Positions 1-9,633 of a stretch of 64,000 nt of DNA are shown here, one piece after another. Position 1 is the stretch's first letter, and each line of letters opens with the position of its first letter. This DNA is from an uncultured Clostridia bacterium. Lineage in GTDB: Bacteria; Bacillota; Clostridia; Christensenellales; UBA1242. The DNA lies in the NCBI GenBank assembly GCA_944383315.1, contig CALWPB010000003.1:294-64293 (forward strand), given 5' to 3'. A model generated the notes under the pieces. That model did not search any database and was not told where the DNA came from. It saw only the letters and a program-made list of their open reading frames with translations. Position numbers and translations under genes: made by a program.

Positions 1-3000
1 TAGTTTTCATTATCTTTAAATGCTTCTGGATGAATTGAGGTAATAGTGCTAGGCAAAGTAAATGTTTCGTCAGTTATTCCGCCTGTTGCTTGGAATGCGA
101 AGGCTTCAATGGTGGTCGTTCCTTCGTTTAGTATTACACTTGTAATGTTAAAGCACCCACGGAATGCACCTTCAGAAATCACGGTTACAGTGCCAGCAAT
201 TTCAATGTTACCCGTTAAAGATAGACACATATCAAATGCATACTCGCCAATTTCTGTTAAGTTGGTTAGGTCGCTTATGTTTGCGCTTGTTAGGTTAAAG
301 TTCCATCTAAATGCATTTTTACCAATACTTGTTACAGTATTTGGCATTTCAATTGAAGTGAGATTGTATGCACCAGCAAACATTGCGTCGGGAATGGCGG
401 TAATAGTGTTGTTAAGTATTACTGAACTTACCTTGTTATCACCAGCAAAGAGCCCAGCATAAATATTTGTATAACTGCTCAAATCAACGATGTTTGAAAC
501 CCCAATATAATCAATTAGATATGTTTGTCCTGAAAGTGCCGAACTGCCACCAAATGTTACCGTGCGGAATAGACCGTCAGTTGAAATAGTTGTTGCAAAT
601 TCGGTTGTTTCGCTTGTATTTATTATTTCAATACCCAAACTACTAAACTGCATAGTAGCATCATTTTCAAAATTTAAATCATCAATATTAAATGGAAGTC
701 CTAATTTAACAAGTTTGTGTGCATCGACGAAAGAAGCAGTATTAACAGTATGTTTATTTTTGTTGTTTTCATCATATTCCCAAACTAGAGTTGTTAGATT
801 TTCTGCGTTCATTATAGCAAATGCTTGGAACTCAATTACACTACTTGGCAAATAAATTTCTTCAATAATAAGATTCGAATTAAACGCATTTGAGCCTACT
901 TGAGTAATTCCATTTGTGTCTTCACGTAAATCAAGAATAGGAGAGTTACCAATGTATCCAATAAGTACAACTTTATCTTTGTCATCAGTAGCGGGGGCTG
1001 TTTTCTTCCAAAGCACAGCACCATTTTCGAGGTACTCGATTGTTCCACTAAAATTACTTGCATCAGTTCCAATTTCTACCACAGAGTTTTCATTTTCTTC
1101 ACCAACACCGAATAATGCTTCTTTTTGACTCATATTAGAGAAGTTTTGACTCATATAAACTATGCGTAAATTTCTACATTGATTGAACGGACTATTGCCC
1201 CAACTTACACAAGTTGTTGGTATTACTATTTCATACAAATTTAAACAGTTTTGGAACGCGTTTTCACCTAAGGTGGTGAGTTGTGAATTTGCAGTTAGCC
1301 CAATGCTATTTAGTCGCATATCATCGCTAAACGCGTATTCATCAATTATTTTTATGCTTTCAGGAATGTTGATTGTTTGAAGGTTAGGACAGTACGAGAA
1401 TGCCGATTGTCCAATAGTATCTAGTGTACAGTTTGCACCAAACGTAACCGTAGTTAGGTTAAAGTTGTTGTAGAACGCTGCTTGCCCGATTGTACCTATT
1501 ACACTATTTTCTCCAAAGGTAACTGTTGTTAAGTTACCACAGTAACCGAATGCATTTCGCTCAATTATATTTAGTCTAGTATTTGCGGCAAATGTAACGG
1601 TTGTTAAAGTATCCAAGTTATAAACAGCTGCAACCCCTAAAGTTGTCAAAGTGGACGGGAACGAAAGAGTTTTGAGAGCAGTTTTTTGGAAATTACCTTG
1701 CTCAATTATTTGCAACCCTTCATTTAATACAATATTTGTTAGATTTGTACAGTTAAAGAATGCACCGCGTTTTAAGGTCGTTACCGAAGTTGGTAAAGTA
1801 AAGGTTGAGAATTTACAGCCAGAGAATGCATATTCGCCGATAGTTGTTAGCCCTGTTGCATTGATTTCTTGAATTTGTGATTGTGCAAAAGCGCCTACAC
1901 CAACGCTCGTTACTGATGCTGGTAGGGTGATTGTTTTAATTGAAGAACCAGCAAACGAGTATGAGCCTGAGTTCCAACCACTATCAGATACAGACCCACC
2001 GCGTAAAGAAGTGATTTGATAAGTATTTGCATTGCCAGCATCAAAGAACGCTTTGTCTACTATGTTAGCCCCGTGTGATATTCCAGTAGTGCTTAATGCT
2101 CCTGTGAGCCTAATGTATTCGGGAACGGTGAGCGATTCGGCAGAGTTGAGTCCGCGTCCAATATTTGCAGTACCGTCTGCATTTAGTTGATATGAGAATA
2201 AATTGTCGTCCCATTGACCCCAAGTTGCATTTAAAGTAATAGGTCCAGTCGTGCCTGCGGGGAGAGTAACGGTCTCTTTACTTGTCTTGTCTGCATCTCC
2301 AACAAGTTGCCAGCCCAAGAAATTGAATCCTGTCCGTTCGGGCTCAGCTGTCGCAATTTCAATAGGATTTACGCGGCTATATGTGTAATTTTGAGTTAAT
2401 TCTGCAGTACTATCCACATTTTGATAATTAATTGCAAAATTTTGACCTATAGAAGTTGCAGTGAATGCATATTCTTGTGCTCCCATTATAAATGAATAAT
2501 TTTCTTCAGTCGATACAATTTCATTATCAAGTTGCCATCCTTTAAAGTCATAATATTGATATACTCTGGCAACAAGTGTTACATTTTCACCATATAAGTA
2601 AGTGTCTGCACCGCTAAATGATAATATACCATCATCACGGGTAATAGTAAGTGCATATGAGTTGCGAGTGTAATAATAGTTGACAACGGTTGAACCATCA
2701 TTGTTTACTTGTACGTGTTGTATTGATGGTGCTGTGAATCCTGTATAATCATCAAGAAGCGGAGCATCAACCATTGTATCAGCTTGTGCATAATTAGTAA
2801 TAGAAGTTACAGAATAATTTTGTAAATCCAAGTCTTGCAAGTAGTGGTTTACTGTATAAGCAACAGGAGCGGATGACCAGTGTGCTGTATACTCTCTATC
2901 TCCGATACTACCTTGCGTGATAGTTACGTTCATAGTTATTTCAGTAATGTCAGTACCTGTCCAACCATCGAATATGTAACCTGTACGTGTAGGAGCAGTA

Positions 3001-5513
3001 AGGCTAAATGTTGGTGTCTCCACTGTGTATGAAGTAGGATTTTGAGCAGTACCATTATTTAGATTATAGTTAATAGAATATTCAATGGCAGTTGTAACTG
3101 CGGTAATAGTAATATTATTTTTGGGCATTATGAAGGAAACAGTTGTGCCTGATTTGTTTAATTGAATATCTGGGATGTTTGCTGTCCAATCGCTAAAATT
3201 ATAACCGTTTAAAAGAGTTGCATTAAGTGTAACTGTTTTGCCCCAGTAATAAGGTTCCGTGCTGATACTTTCAATACCATTTCCAATAACAGTTACGGTA
3301 TAAGTGCTACGAATATAACGTAGTTCAATACTACTTTCGCCATTTGCGCTAATGGTTAATTTTGTGTTACTTGGAGTAATGTATCCATCAATTACATCAG
3401 GAGTAATAGTGGTTTCTGTGTCAGTCGTACCAAAGTATTCTTTTGTTTCATCTGGTTCAATAGAATATTCGCCATTTTCGTTCATCAAGTAAATAAATAC
3501 TGTGTACTTTGTGTCTGTTCTAGGTGTCCAGTTGGCTACAAATTTTCGGTCTCCTGTACTTCCTATAGAAATACTTGTTTCTTGTAATGGCTCGTCATTT
3601 TCGTTATATAATGACCATCCAGCAAAATCGTAACCAGGGCGGGTAGGTGCGGTAGGTTGAATACTTTCTGTTATATCGTAGTGAATAGGATAACTTCCTT
3701 CACTTGCTTGTATTCCTCCTTGCAAATCATATGTAATTGTATATACTTGTGGAGTCCAAGTTGCTACAAATGTTATATCGCCAAGGTAATCAGCAGGATT
3801 AAATTGATAATCAACTATTGCCGCACCATTATTATATTTCCATCCTGCGAACACATAGCCATTTTGTGTAGGTTTGTCTAAGGTATATGGCATATCTTCA
3901 ACTGTGTATGAATTGTGTTGCGTGTCTAAAATACCGCCGTTAAGTTCGTAATTTATGTTATAAGTAATAGGTGTCCAATTTGCTGTATATTCGCGATTAC
4001 CAGAACTACCTTTTGTAATAGTAACATCAAGTGTAATTGATTGTAGGTCTGTACCAGACCATCCAGTAAAAATGTATCCATCACGCGTTGGACGAGAAAG
4101 TGTAAAGTTTTCTGTAAATTGAGTGTATGTGTCTGGACAAATGGCTGAACTACTAAATTCACCACCATTTAAATTGTATGAAATCAAGTAGATTTGGTCG
4201 GCATATGTCGCTGTAAGATTTAAATCACCCGTAATATTATGAACACGGAAATTTAACTGTGCTAGGGAATCTGGATCATTAGTTACGACCCAACCTGCAA
4301 ATGTTTGTCCGGTTTTTTCAGGGTTAGTAAGTACAAAATCATCTTCTACATTGTATGTTGTAGGATTAGTTTTTCCATTTGGATATTGTCCACCAGCAAG
4401 GTTAAGATTAATGTTGTATTGTAGTAAATTATATCCAGCATAAAAATCTAGCGCATTTGCAGGCATTGTTAATCTTGATAAATCTACAGGTCTTTTACCG
4501 CTGATATCTGTGCCAGTTGCCCCTGTGTCGGTGTCGAACCATCCAACAAAACTGTACCCAGAAGGGAAAGATATGGAAGGTACGGTAATATGATCGGAGT
4601 ACGCAATATTTTCAGTGATTGTTATAATTTGATTCCCATTATAGTAATGGAAATTTGTCTCATAAGTATTTATAGTATATTCTGCAGTTAAGGAAATAGA
4701 TGCTCCGTTATCATTGATGTCAAGGCCATACGATATCATATCGTCAAGAGTAATAGTTGCACCGTCGTCTATTTTGATATCTAATATAGTCCAATTAGTG
4801 AACGTATATCCAATTATGTTAAATTTATTATCTTTTGCTGCTATTTCGGTATACAATGGGAGAGTTAGAGTGCTGTTATATATGTACTCAATAGGAGTAT
4901 ATTCATTACCATTAGATATAAGGTTTAAATAGTATACATTTGGTGAATAAACCAAGTTAAATGTACTGTTTGGCATTATAGTGTGTTCTAGTTTTGTCAA
5001 ATCTGTGTTTAAATGATAACCATCAATCAAAATGGGTTCTAAAGTAATTGTATCCCCAATAATGCCACTAATTGATTGACTTTTGGCAATTTGCACACCT
5101 TGCTCATCAACATATCGTATTGTATAAGTAGTAGGCAGTCCAATATAATTATATATAGCATATAGCATTATGTCTGTTGTAGAAAAAATATAGTCGCCGC
5201 CTTGCACAATTTGTGGTTCATTTTTATCAAGGCTCCAACCAACAAATTCACTACCTTCAAGTGATGGCGTGGGGAGTTGACCATAAATACCCCGTACTTC
5301 TACTTGTTTTTCATAATATCCATAGTTATTGAGATTGAAATCTAATGGGTCTTCTATTATTCCACCGCAAGTATCTAATCTAAGCATAATAGAATCAACT
5401 TTTTCTTGTTTGTTGTTTACTAGGAATGCAATAACAATACCAATAAGTATTAATACAAAAATTACGAATAGGGAAATCGCAATTTTTACTCCGCTATTTC
5501 TTTGGTAATACAT
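1..5513 (-). CDS. Giant N-terminally membrane-anchored surface protein, 3'-partial (continues past window start): Listeria-Bacteroides/InlB B-type repeats followed by BspA-type leucine-rich repeats
   Basis: ATG at 5513-5511 with GGGAG SD 7 nt upstream. My translation gives MYYQRNSGVKIAISLFVIFVLILIGIVIAF (TM anchor). Further on come ...PSLEGSEFVGWSLDKNEPQ... and ...RPGYDFAGWSLYNEN... (GY-F-GW repeat signature, about 2050-5300), then ...TAIPDAMFAGAYNLTSIEMPNTVTSIGKNAF... (LRR_5-like, about 1-2000). It is absent from the ORF track because it has no stop in the window. No ATG-to-stop ORF is reported from 5513, so the frame stays open to position 1. Confidence 0.85.
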   Translation of the reverse strand, partial: MYYQRNSGVKIAISLFVIFVLILIGIVIAFLVNNKQEKVDSIMLRLDTCGGIIEDPLDFNLNNYGYYEKQVEVRGIYGQLPTPSLEGSEFVGWSLDKNEPQIVQGGDYIFSTTDIMLYAIYNYIGLPTTYTIRYVDEQGVQIAKSQSISGIIGDTITLEPILIDGYHLNTDLTKLEHTIMPNSTFNLVYSPNVYYLNLISNGNEYTPIEYIYNSTLTLPLYTEIAAKDNKFNIIGYTFTNWTILDIKIDDGATITLDDMISYGLDINDNGASISLTAEYTINTYETNFHYYNGNQIITITENIAYSDHITVPSISFPSGYSFVGWFDTDTGATGTDISGKRPVDLSRLTMPANALDFYAGYNLLQYNINLNLAGGQYPNGKTNPTTYNVEDDFVLTNPEKTGQTFAGWVVTNDPDSLAQLNFRVHNITGDLNLTATYADQIYLISYNLNGGEFSSSAICPDTYTQFTENFTLSRPTRDGYIFTGWSGTDLQSITLDVTITKGSSGNREYTANWTPITYNINYELNGGILDTQHNSYTVEDMPYTLDKPTQNGYVFAGWKYNNGAAIVDYQFNPADYLGDITFVATWTPQVYTITYDLQGGIQASEGSYPIHYDITESIQPTAPTRPGYDFAGWSLYNENDEPLQETSISIGSTGDRKFVANWTPRTDTKYTVFIYLMNENGEYSIEPDETKEYFGTTDTETTITPDVIDGYITPSNTKLTISANGESSIELRYIRSTYTVTVIGNGIESISTEPYYWGKTVTLNATLLNGYNFSDWTANIPDIQLNKSGTTVSFIMPKNNITITAVTTAIEYSINYNLNNGTAQNPTSYTVETPTFSLTAPTRTGYIFDGWTGTDITEITMNVTITQGSIGDREYTAHWSSAPVAYTVNHYLQDLDLQNYSVTSITNYAQADTMVDAPLLDDYTGFTAPSIQHVQVNNDGSTVVNYYYTRNSYALTITRDDGILSFSGADTYLYGENVTLVARVYQYYDFKGWQLDNEIVSTEENYSFIMGAQEYAFTATSIGQNFAINYQNVDSTAELTQNYTYSRVNPIEIATAEPERTGFNFLGWQLVGDADKTSKETVTLPAGTTGPITLNATWGQWDDNLFSYQLNADGTANIGRGLNSAESLTVPEYIRLTGALSTTGISHGANIVDKAFFDAGNANTYQITSLRGGSVSDSGWNSGSYSFAGSSIKTITLPASVTSVGVGAFAQSQIQEINATGLTTIGEYAFSGCKFSTFTLPTSVTTLKRGAFFNCTNLTNIVLNEGLQIIEQGNFQKTALKTLSFPSTLTTLGVAAVYNLDTLTTVTFAANTRLNIIERNAFGYCGNLTTVTFGENSVIGTIGQAAFYNNFNLTTVTFGANCTLDTIGQSAFSYCPNLQTINIPESIKIIDEYAFSDDMRLNSIGLTANSQLTTLGENAFQNCLNLYEIVIPTTCVSWGNSPFNQCRNLRIVYMSQNFSNMSQKEALFGVGEENENSVVEIGTDASNFSGTIEYLENGAVLWKKTAPATDDKDKVVLIGYIGNSPILDLREDTNGITQVGSNAFNSNLIIEEIYLPSSVIEFQAFAIMNAENLTTLVWEYDENNKNKHTVNTASFVDAHKLVKLGLPFNIDDLNFENDATMQFSSLGIEIINTSETTEFATTISTDGLFRTVTFGGSSALSGQTYLIDYIGVSNIVDLSSYTNIYAGLFAGDNKVSSVILNNTITAIPDAMFAGAYNLTSIEMPNTVTSIGKNAFRWNFNLTSANISDLTNLTEIGEYAFDMCLSLTGNIEIAGTVTVISEGAFRGCFNITSVILNEGTTTIEAFAFQATGGITDETFTLPSTITSIHPEAFKDNEN

Positions 5514-5651
5514 AATCTAACTCCCATTTTATTATGAATATAGTTTACCAAATTTAATAAAAATTATCAAATAAAATAATCGAAAGATTTTAATTACATC
5601 ATTGTATAAACAAGCAAATTTATAAAATCTTAATAAGATATAGTAAAATAA

Positions 5652-5686
5652 GGTACTACTCTGCGTAAAATGTAGTACTATGCAAT
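5652..5686. repeat. Palindromic intergenic repeat, variant copy (GGTACTAC-N12-GTAGTACT followed by ATGCAAT)
   Basis: Contains the exact 12-mer GTACTATGCAAT (5675-5686) shared with 47370, 49624 and 52326. Has an 8-bp hairpin, 5652-5659 with 5672-5679. Confidence 0.6.
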
Positions 5687-5730
5687 GTAGATAATTTTTT
5701 ATTTAATTTTTAATTACTAATTCAAAATTT

Positions 5731-6195
5731 TTATATACTGCCCAAAATTAGCGGTACACCTATGTGTATATCGCTGTTTTTTATTGCTATTTGGATATTG
5801 ATTTTTTCGCCGTTGTAAGTTACAAAATCATCAAAAGCAGGTGAAAAACCATAAATAAACGTAAAATTTTCAAGTTTTTCATTAAAAATTATGCTAATTT
5901 TAAGTTTTTTGATTAATTTGCTTAACTCAAAATCGGCATCAGTAAATTGAATACTTATTCCTTGAATACTGCCTTTGTCTAAATTGCGGTATACCTTTTT
6001 TGCGTTCTCTGTATCCATAGATAGTATATAACCATTGCCATTTTGCACAGTTTCCACATTTTTGGTTTCATAATATTGATATGTATATATGTAGCAAGTT
6101 CCGTTTAAATTTTTTGCGATGTCTATTAATGTGTACGCAGGTGAGCAAAACAGTATTATAAATGATATAAATAAAAGGGCACTAACTTTTGGCAT
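5731..6195 (-). CDS. Hypothetical secreted protein (possibly YwmB-like)
   Basis: ORF track, 154 aa with an N-terminal signal-like segment MPKVSALLFISFIILFCSPAYT. The C-terminal ...INIQIAIKNSDIHIGVPLILGSI recalls the YwmB family; this is from memory only. Confidence 0.45.
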   Translation of the reverse strand: MPKVSALLFISFIILFCSPAYTLIDIAKNLNGTCYIYTYQYYETKNVETVQNGNGYILSMDTENAKKVYRNLDKGSIQGISIQFTDADFELSKLIKKLKISIIFNEKLENFTFIYGFSPAFDDFVTYNGEKINIQIAIKNSDIHIGVPLILGSI

Positions 6196-6315
6196 TTCTT
6201 ACTCCTAGTAATAATTGTTGACTGTTATAAAAAATATAAAACTGAAAAATTTTATAAAAAATATGTTTAAGTAGCAAAAATGTGTCAACAATCATTTGCA
6301 GAGGAGGACGAAGAA

Positions 6316-6900
6316 ATGCAAGCAAATAAAAAAGCGTCTGTTACAAAATTTTTGAAGAAATACGGATATTGGATAGGTTTGGCATTCAGTATCGCGATAC
6401 TTATCACGGTGATTACCGTTGCCGCAGTGGCTAGACCAGTTACTCCTGATGACGATTTTACACCTGTGGACACGCCAACAATCAGTTTTACAAACCCTGT
6501 TACTGAAATGACTACTTTAAAGACCTACTCAAATACTGCATTGCAGTACAACAGCACCCTTAAACTTTGGCAAGCACACAAGGCAGTTGACTTCGCTGCT
6601 GACGAAGGTACCGAAGTTTATGCTGTTATGGATGGAAAAGTAACCGAAGTAACTTACAACTACCTTATGGGCAACATTGTTAAACTTGACGTAGGTGGCG
6701 GCATCACTGTTGTTTATGCTTCTCTTGCAAGCGATGTACCTGTAAAGGTAGGCGATGAAGTAACAAAGGGTAGTGTAATAGGTAAAGTAAGTAACACAGC
6801 AAAGTCTGAATCAAATGACGGTCCACACTTGCATCTTGAAGTATTGCTTGATGGCGAACTTGTAGACCCTGCATTGTATCTTGACCTTGCAGAAAAATAA
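6316..6900 (+). CDS. M23 family metallopeptidase with N-terminal TM segment (LytM domain; SpoIIQ-like architecture)
   Basis: HKAVD (HxxxD) and HLHLE (HxH) motifs. Internal ATG at 6316 preceded by GAGGAGG. Confidence 0.85.
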   Translation: MQANKKASVTKFLKKYGYWIGLAFSIAILITVITVAAVARPVTPDDDFTPVDTPTISFTNPVTEMTTLKTYSNTALQYNSTLKLWQAHKAVDFAADEGTEVYAVMDGKVTEVTYNYLMGNIVKLDVGGGITVVYASLASDVPVKVGDEVTKGSVIGKVSNTAKSESNDGPHLHLEVLLDGELVDPALYLDLAEK

Positions 6901-6921
6901 AAAAGCACAGATGTGCTTTTT
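6899..6921. terminator. Bidirectional intrinsic terminator hairpin (AAAAAGCAC-AGAT-GTGCTTTTT)
   Basis: GC core stem flanked by an A-run and a T-run, immediately after the M23 stop. An identical hairpin at 7123-7144 follows acpP. Confidence 0.7.
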
Positions 6922-6992
6922 ATTTTTTCTCTGCAACTTTCTTTTCAACATAGTCAACTAATTTACCAATAGTATCAAGATTTTTAGCGTCT
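6899..6992. repeat. Direct repeat copy 1: terminator hairpin plus orphan 3' fragment of acpP (last 23 codons and stop, minus strand)
   Basis: Aligns to 7123-7215 with a single T-run length difference (T5 versus T4). Confidence 0.9.
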
Positions 6993-7122
6993 ATGAAACA
7001 CGACAGCGAGTTAGAAATCACTACACTACAACAAACCACTCTTGTTGTAACACTATCAAAGATACAACGAACACTACACGCTGGCAGTACCCGCTAAAAA
7101 TCTTATCAAATAGGCATAACGA

Positions 7123-7215
7123 AAAAAAGCACAGATGTGCTTTTATTTTTTCTCTGCAACTTTCTTTTCAACATAGTCAACTAATTTACCAATAGTATCA
7201 AGATTTTTAGCGTCT
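7123..7215. repeat. Direct repeat copy 2 (terminator plus the 3' end of the intact acpP)
   Basis: See 6899-6992. Confidence 0.9.
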
Positions 7216-7382
7216 TCATCAGGTACAGTTATATCATATTTGTCTTCAAGGGCTATGAGCATTTCCACCATATCAAGTGAATCGGTGTGCAAGTCCTCGA
7301 CAATCTTAGAATCTCTTGTAATAGTTTCAGGTTCAATATTTAACTGCTCTGCAAGCAATTTGGTGATTTCTTCGTAAATCAT
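7143..7382 (-). CDS. acpP: Acyl carrier protein
   Basis: 79 aa, DSLD phosphopantetheine-attachment motif, GGAG SD. Confidence 0.95.
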   Translation of the reverse strand: MIYEEITKLLAEQLNIEPETITRDSKIVEDLHTDSLDMVEMLIALEDKYDITVPDEDAKNLDTIGKLVDYVEKKVAEKK

Positions 7383-7581
7383 TGTTTTCTCCTTTTTCGC
7401 ATATAATACTTATTTATATCATACCCAAAAAAATTTGTAAAGTAAATTGCGAGCAAAAAGGGGAATTAAAAAGTGCGAAGGCGCACACCCGATAAAATTT
7501 TGAATTTAGAATTAGGAATTTTGAATTGTTGCTGAAAGAACTTTAATAATTTAAATATTGACTCGTCGTGCGGGTTACGCA

Positions 7582-8022
7582 CTACAAGTTTTTCTGCAAA
7601 AACATTTTTAAATAGTTAAAATGCTTTTCTTCTAAAACTTGCAGTTCGCCACAAAGTTCAAGAATGTCTTTACTTGCGGCTCTGTAATCACTCAAATCTT
7701 TGTAGCATTGTAGTGTACCCATAACAGTACCCAATAGCAGCATTTCGGTAAGGTGGCGGGTTGATTTGTCGGTAAGGGTAGTCATTTTAATTGATGTCCA
7801 AAGTCGCGCCTTTTCAAAAACATTGTTATCCGCCAACTTTTCAGGGCTTAAACGCTTGCATTTTATAGCAAAATCACGATAAGCAGCCAGTTCTTCGCGA
7901 AGTTCTGCGCGCAAGTCCTCATTTTCTACTTCGGGCTCAATATTTTCAATGCTTTGAATCGCTGTTTGGCAGTTTTGAAAAATGCTCGTTAGCAATTCAA
8001 AATCTCTTTCATCTCTTTCCAT
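7582..8022 (-). CDS. Hypothetical helical protein
   Basis: ORF track, 146 aa, SD AAGGAG upstream. No family recognised. Confidence 0.5.
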   Translation of the reverse strand: MERDERDFELLTSIFQNCQTAIQSIENIEPEVENEDLRAELREELAAYRDFAIKCKRLSPEKLADNNVFEKARLWTSIKMTTLTDKSTRHLTEMLLLGTVMGTLQCYKDLSDYRAASKDILELCGELQVLEEKHFNYLKMFLQKNL

Positions 8023-8126
8023 AAGTTTTACTCCTTATATACGTTATTTTGTGAGTTTTAGGGGCTTTTTATGCACATTTTTAGTTAAATTTCATAAAAT
8101 TTTTTGAAAAAATCTTTTTTCGATAC

Positions 8127-8222
8127 TTGATTTTTTTATTTAAATTTAGTATAATTTATACATAATCAACGTGTAGCAAAAAAAGTTTGCGTAAGCCCAG
8201 TTGATGGGCTTGCGCTTCTTTT
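8127..8222 (+). promoter_or_regulatory. Promoter (TTGATT-17-TATAAT) followed by a strong terminator-type hairpin; short leader or small RNA
   Basis: -35 at 8127-8132 and -10 at 8150-8155. An 11-bp stem, 8189-8199 with 8205-8215 and loop GTTGA, is followed by TTCTTTT. Confidence 0.45.
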
Positions 8223-8628
8223 GGAACACTTTGTCGCAGGGCCTTTTGCTGAATTTATGTGTCGTAAGTTTGGCGGAGAAACGGACGGGTTCAACGCGCG
8301 CATTTTGTTTCGTATAGTGTTTACTGTGCTAGGAATGTCTTTTATAATGACGTGGCTCGGGCTTATTTATGGCGAACTTGTTAGCACTGGCACAGTTACA
8401 ACACAAGTCTTTACTGACTTTTTACTTGCGTGGCCGCGTAACTTTTTCTTGGCATTTTGGATAGAAATACTAATTGCTCAACCTATTGCTAGAAAAGTAA
8501 TGAAAACAGTCCACGCACGCAAACAACGTAGCGAGATTATAGAGTTTACACCCGATATGGCAATGCAGAAAAATTATCTTGTAGACGAAAACGAAATAAA
8601 GCGCAACCAAAATCAGCGCAAAAAATAG
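8221..8628 (+). CDS. DUF2798-like membrane protein, probably 5'-truncated or decayed
   Basis: Hydrophobic repeat ...AWPRNFFLAFWIEILIAQPIARKV.... The only start is a TTG inside the terminator T-run, with no SD. The in-frame upstream region ends in a stop at 8152-8154 with no ATG. Confidence 0.4.
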   Translation: MEHFVAGPFAEFMCRKFGGETDGFNARILFRIVFTVLGMSFIMTWLGLIYGELVSTGTVTTQVFTDFLLAWPRNFFLAFWIEILIAQPIARKVMKTVHARKQRSEIIEFTPDMAMQKNYLVDENEIKRNQNQRKK

Positions 8629-8697
8629 CCATTTTACTTTGTAAAACGGCTTTTTTTGTGTATAATAGTTTTAGTTTTCAAAAAAAGGAGCGACAAA

Positions 8698-9630
8698 ATG
8701 CAAGAATACGATGTGATTATAGTAGGTGGGGGGCCATCAGGAATGACCGCAGGAATTTATGCAGCGCGCGCAGGCGCAAAAGTACTTTTGATTGAAAAAG
8801 CAGGAGTAGGCGGGCAAGTGGCAATTACTAGCAATATTGCAAATTACCCAGGATTTAAAAGCATAGACGGTTTTGAACTCAGCCAAAATATGTTTGAGCA
8901 AATGACGGCTCTCGGTGTGGATACGGAATTTGCAACAGTTGATAGCCTAGATTTAAACGGGGAGTTAAAGCAGGTTACTGCAAACGGAGTAACATATCAG
9001 GCTCCCGCAATCATATTAAGTATGGGTGCATATTCAAGGGGCTTGGGTGTGGCAAACGAGCGTCAGTTTGTTGGTCGTGGTTTGAGTTATTGCGCGGTAT
9101 GTGATGGCGCATTTTTTAAGGGGAAGACGGTAGCCGTTGTCGGCGGTGGTAATACAGCCTTAGGTGATGTGCTTTATCTTGCGCCTATTGTAAGTAAGTT
9201 GTATCTAATTCACCGCAGACAAGGTTTTAGAGCCGACCAAACGGTGATAAATGACTTTGAAAAGTTGCGTTCGCAGCCAAATAGCAATATAGAGACTAGA
9301 CTTGATTGCGTAGTTGAGAATGTCGAAGGCGAAAATCGACTTGAACGCGTGATTTTGCGCAATGTTGTATCGAATGAAACGGAAGTTCTCGACGTTGACG
9401 GAGTTTTCGTAGCAATAGGCAGAAACCCAAATACTGAAATGTTGGACGGTGCTATCACACTTGATGGTGGTTATATCAAGGTGAATAGTAAAATGGAAAC
9501 TAACATAGCAGGAGTTTATGCCGCAGGTGATATAACAGCAAAAGAACTACGCCAGATTGCAACAGCCATTTCTGACGGTGCGATTGCTGGCACCAATGCC
9601 GCCTTGTATGCAAAAAAATCAAGGGGTTAA
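8698..9630 (+). CDS. trxB: Thioredoxin-disulfide reductase
   Basis: GGGPSG FAD motif, CAVCDG redox centre, AAGGAG SD before ATG 8698. Confidence 0.93.
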   Translation: MQEYDVIIVGGGPSGMTAGIYAARAGAKVLLIEKAGVGGQVAITSNIANYPGFKSIDGFELSQNMFEQMTALGVDTEFATVDSLDLNGELKQVTANGVTYQAPAIILSMGAYSRGLGVANERQFVGRGLSYCAVCDGAFFKGKTVAVVGGGNTALGDVLYLAPIVSKLYLIHRRQGFRADQTVINDFEKLRSQPNSNIETRLDCVVENVEGENRLERVILRNVVSNETEVLDVDGVFVAIGRNPNTEMLDGAITLDGGYIKVNSKMETNIAGVYAAGDITAKELRQIATAISDGAIAGTNAALYAKKSRG

Positions 9631-9633
9631 TAT

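Noticed and set aside
46-4932. Seven plus-strand ORFs of 65-138 aa, plus the minus-strand ORF at 3953-4168, from the track
   Set aside because: All lie inside the giant minus-strand ORF (1-5513), whose translation shows clear InlB-B and LRR repeat signatures. They are shadow frames with low-complexity translations and no SD.
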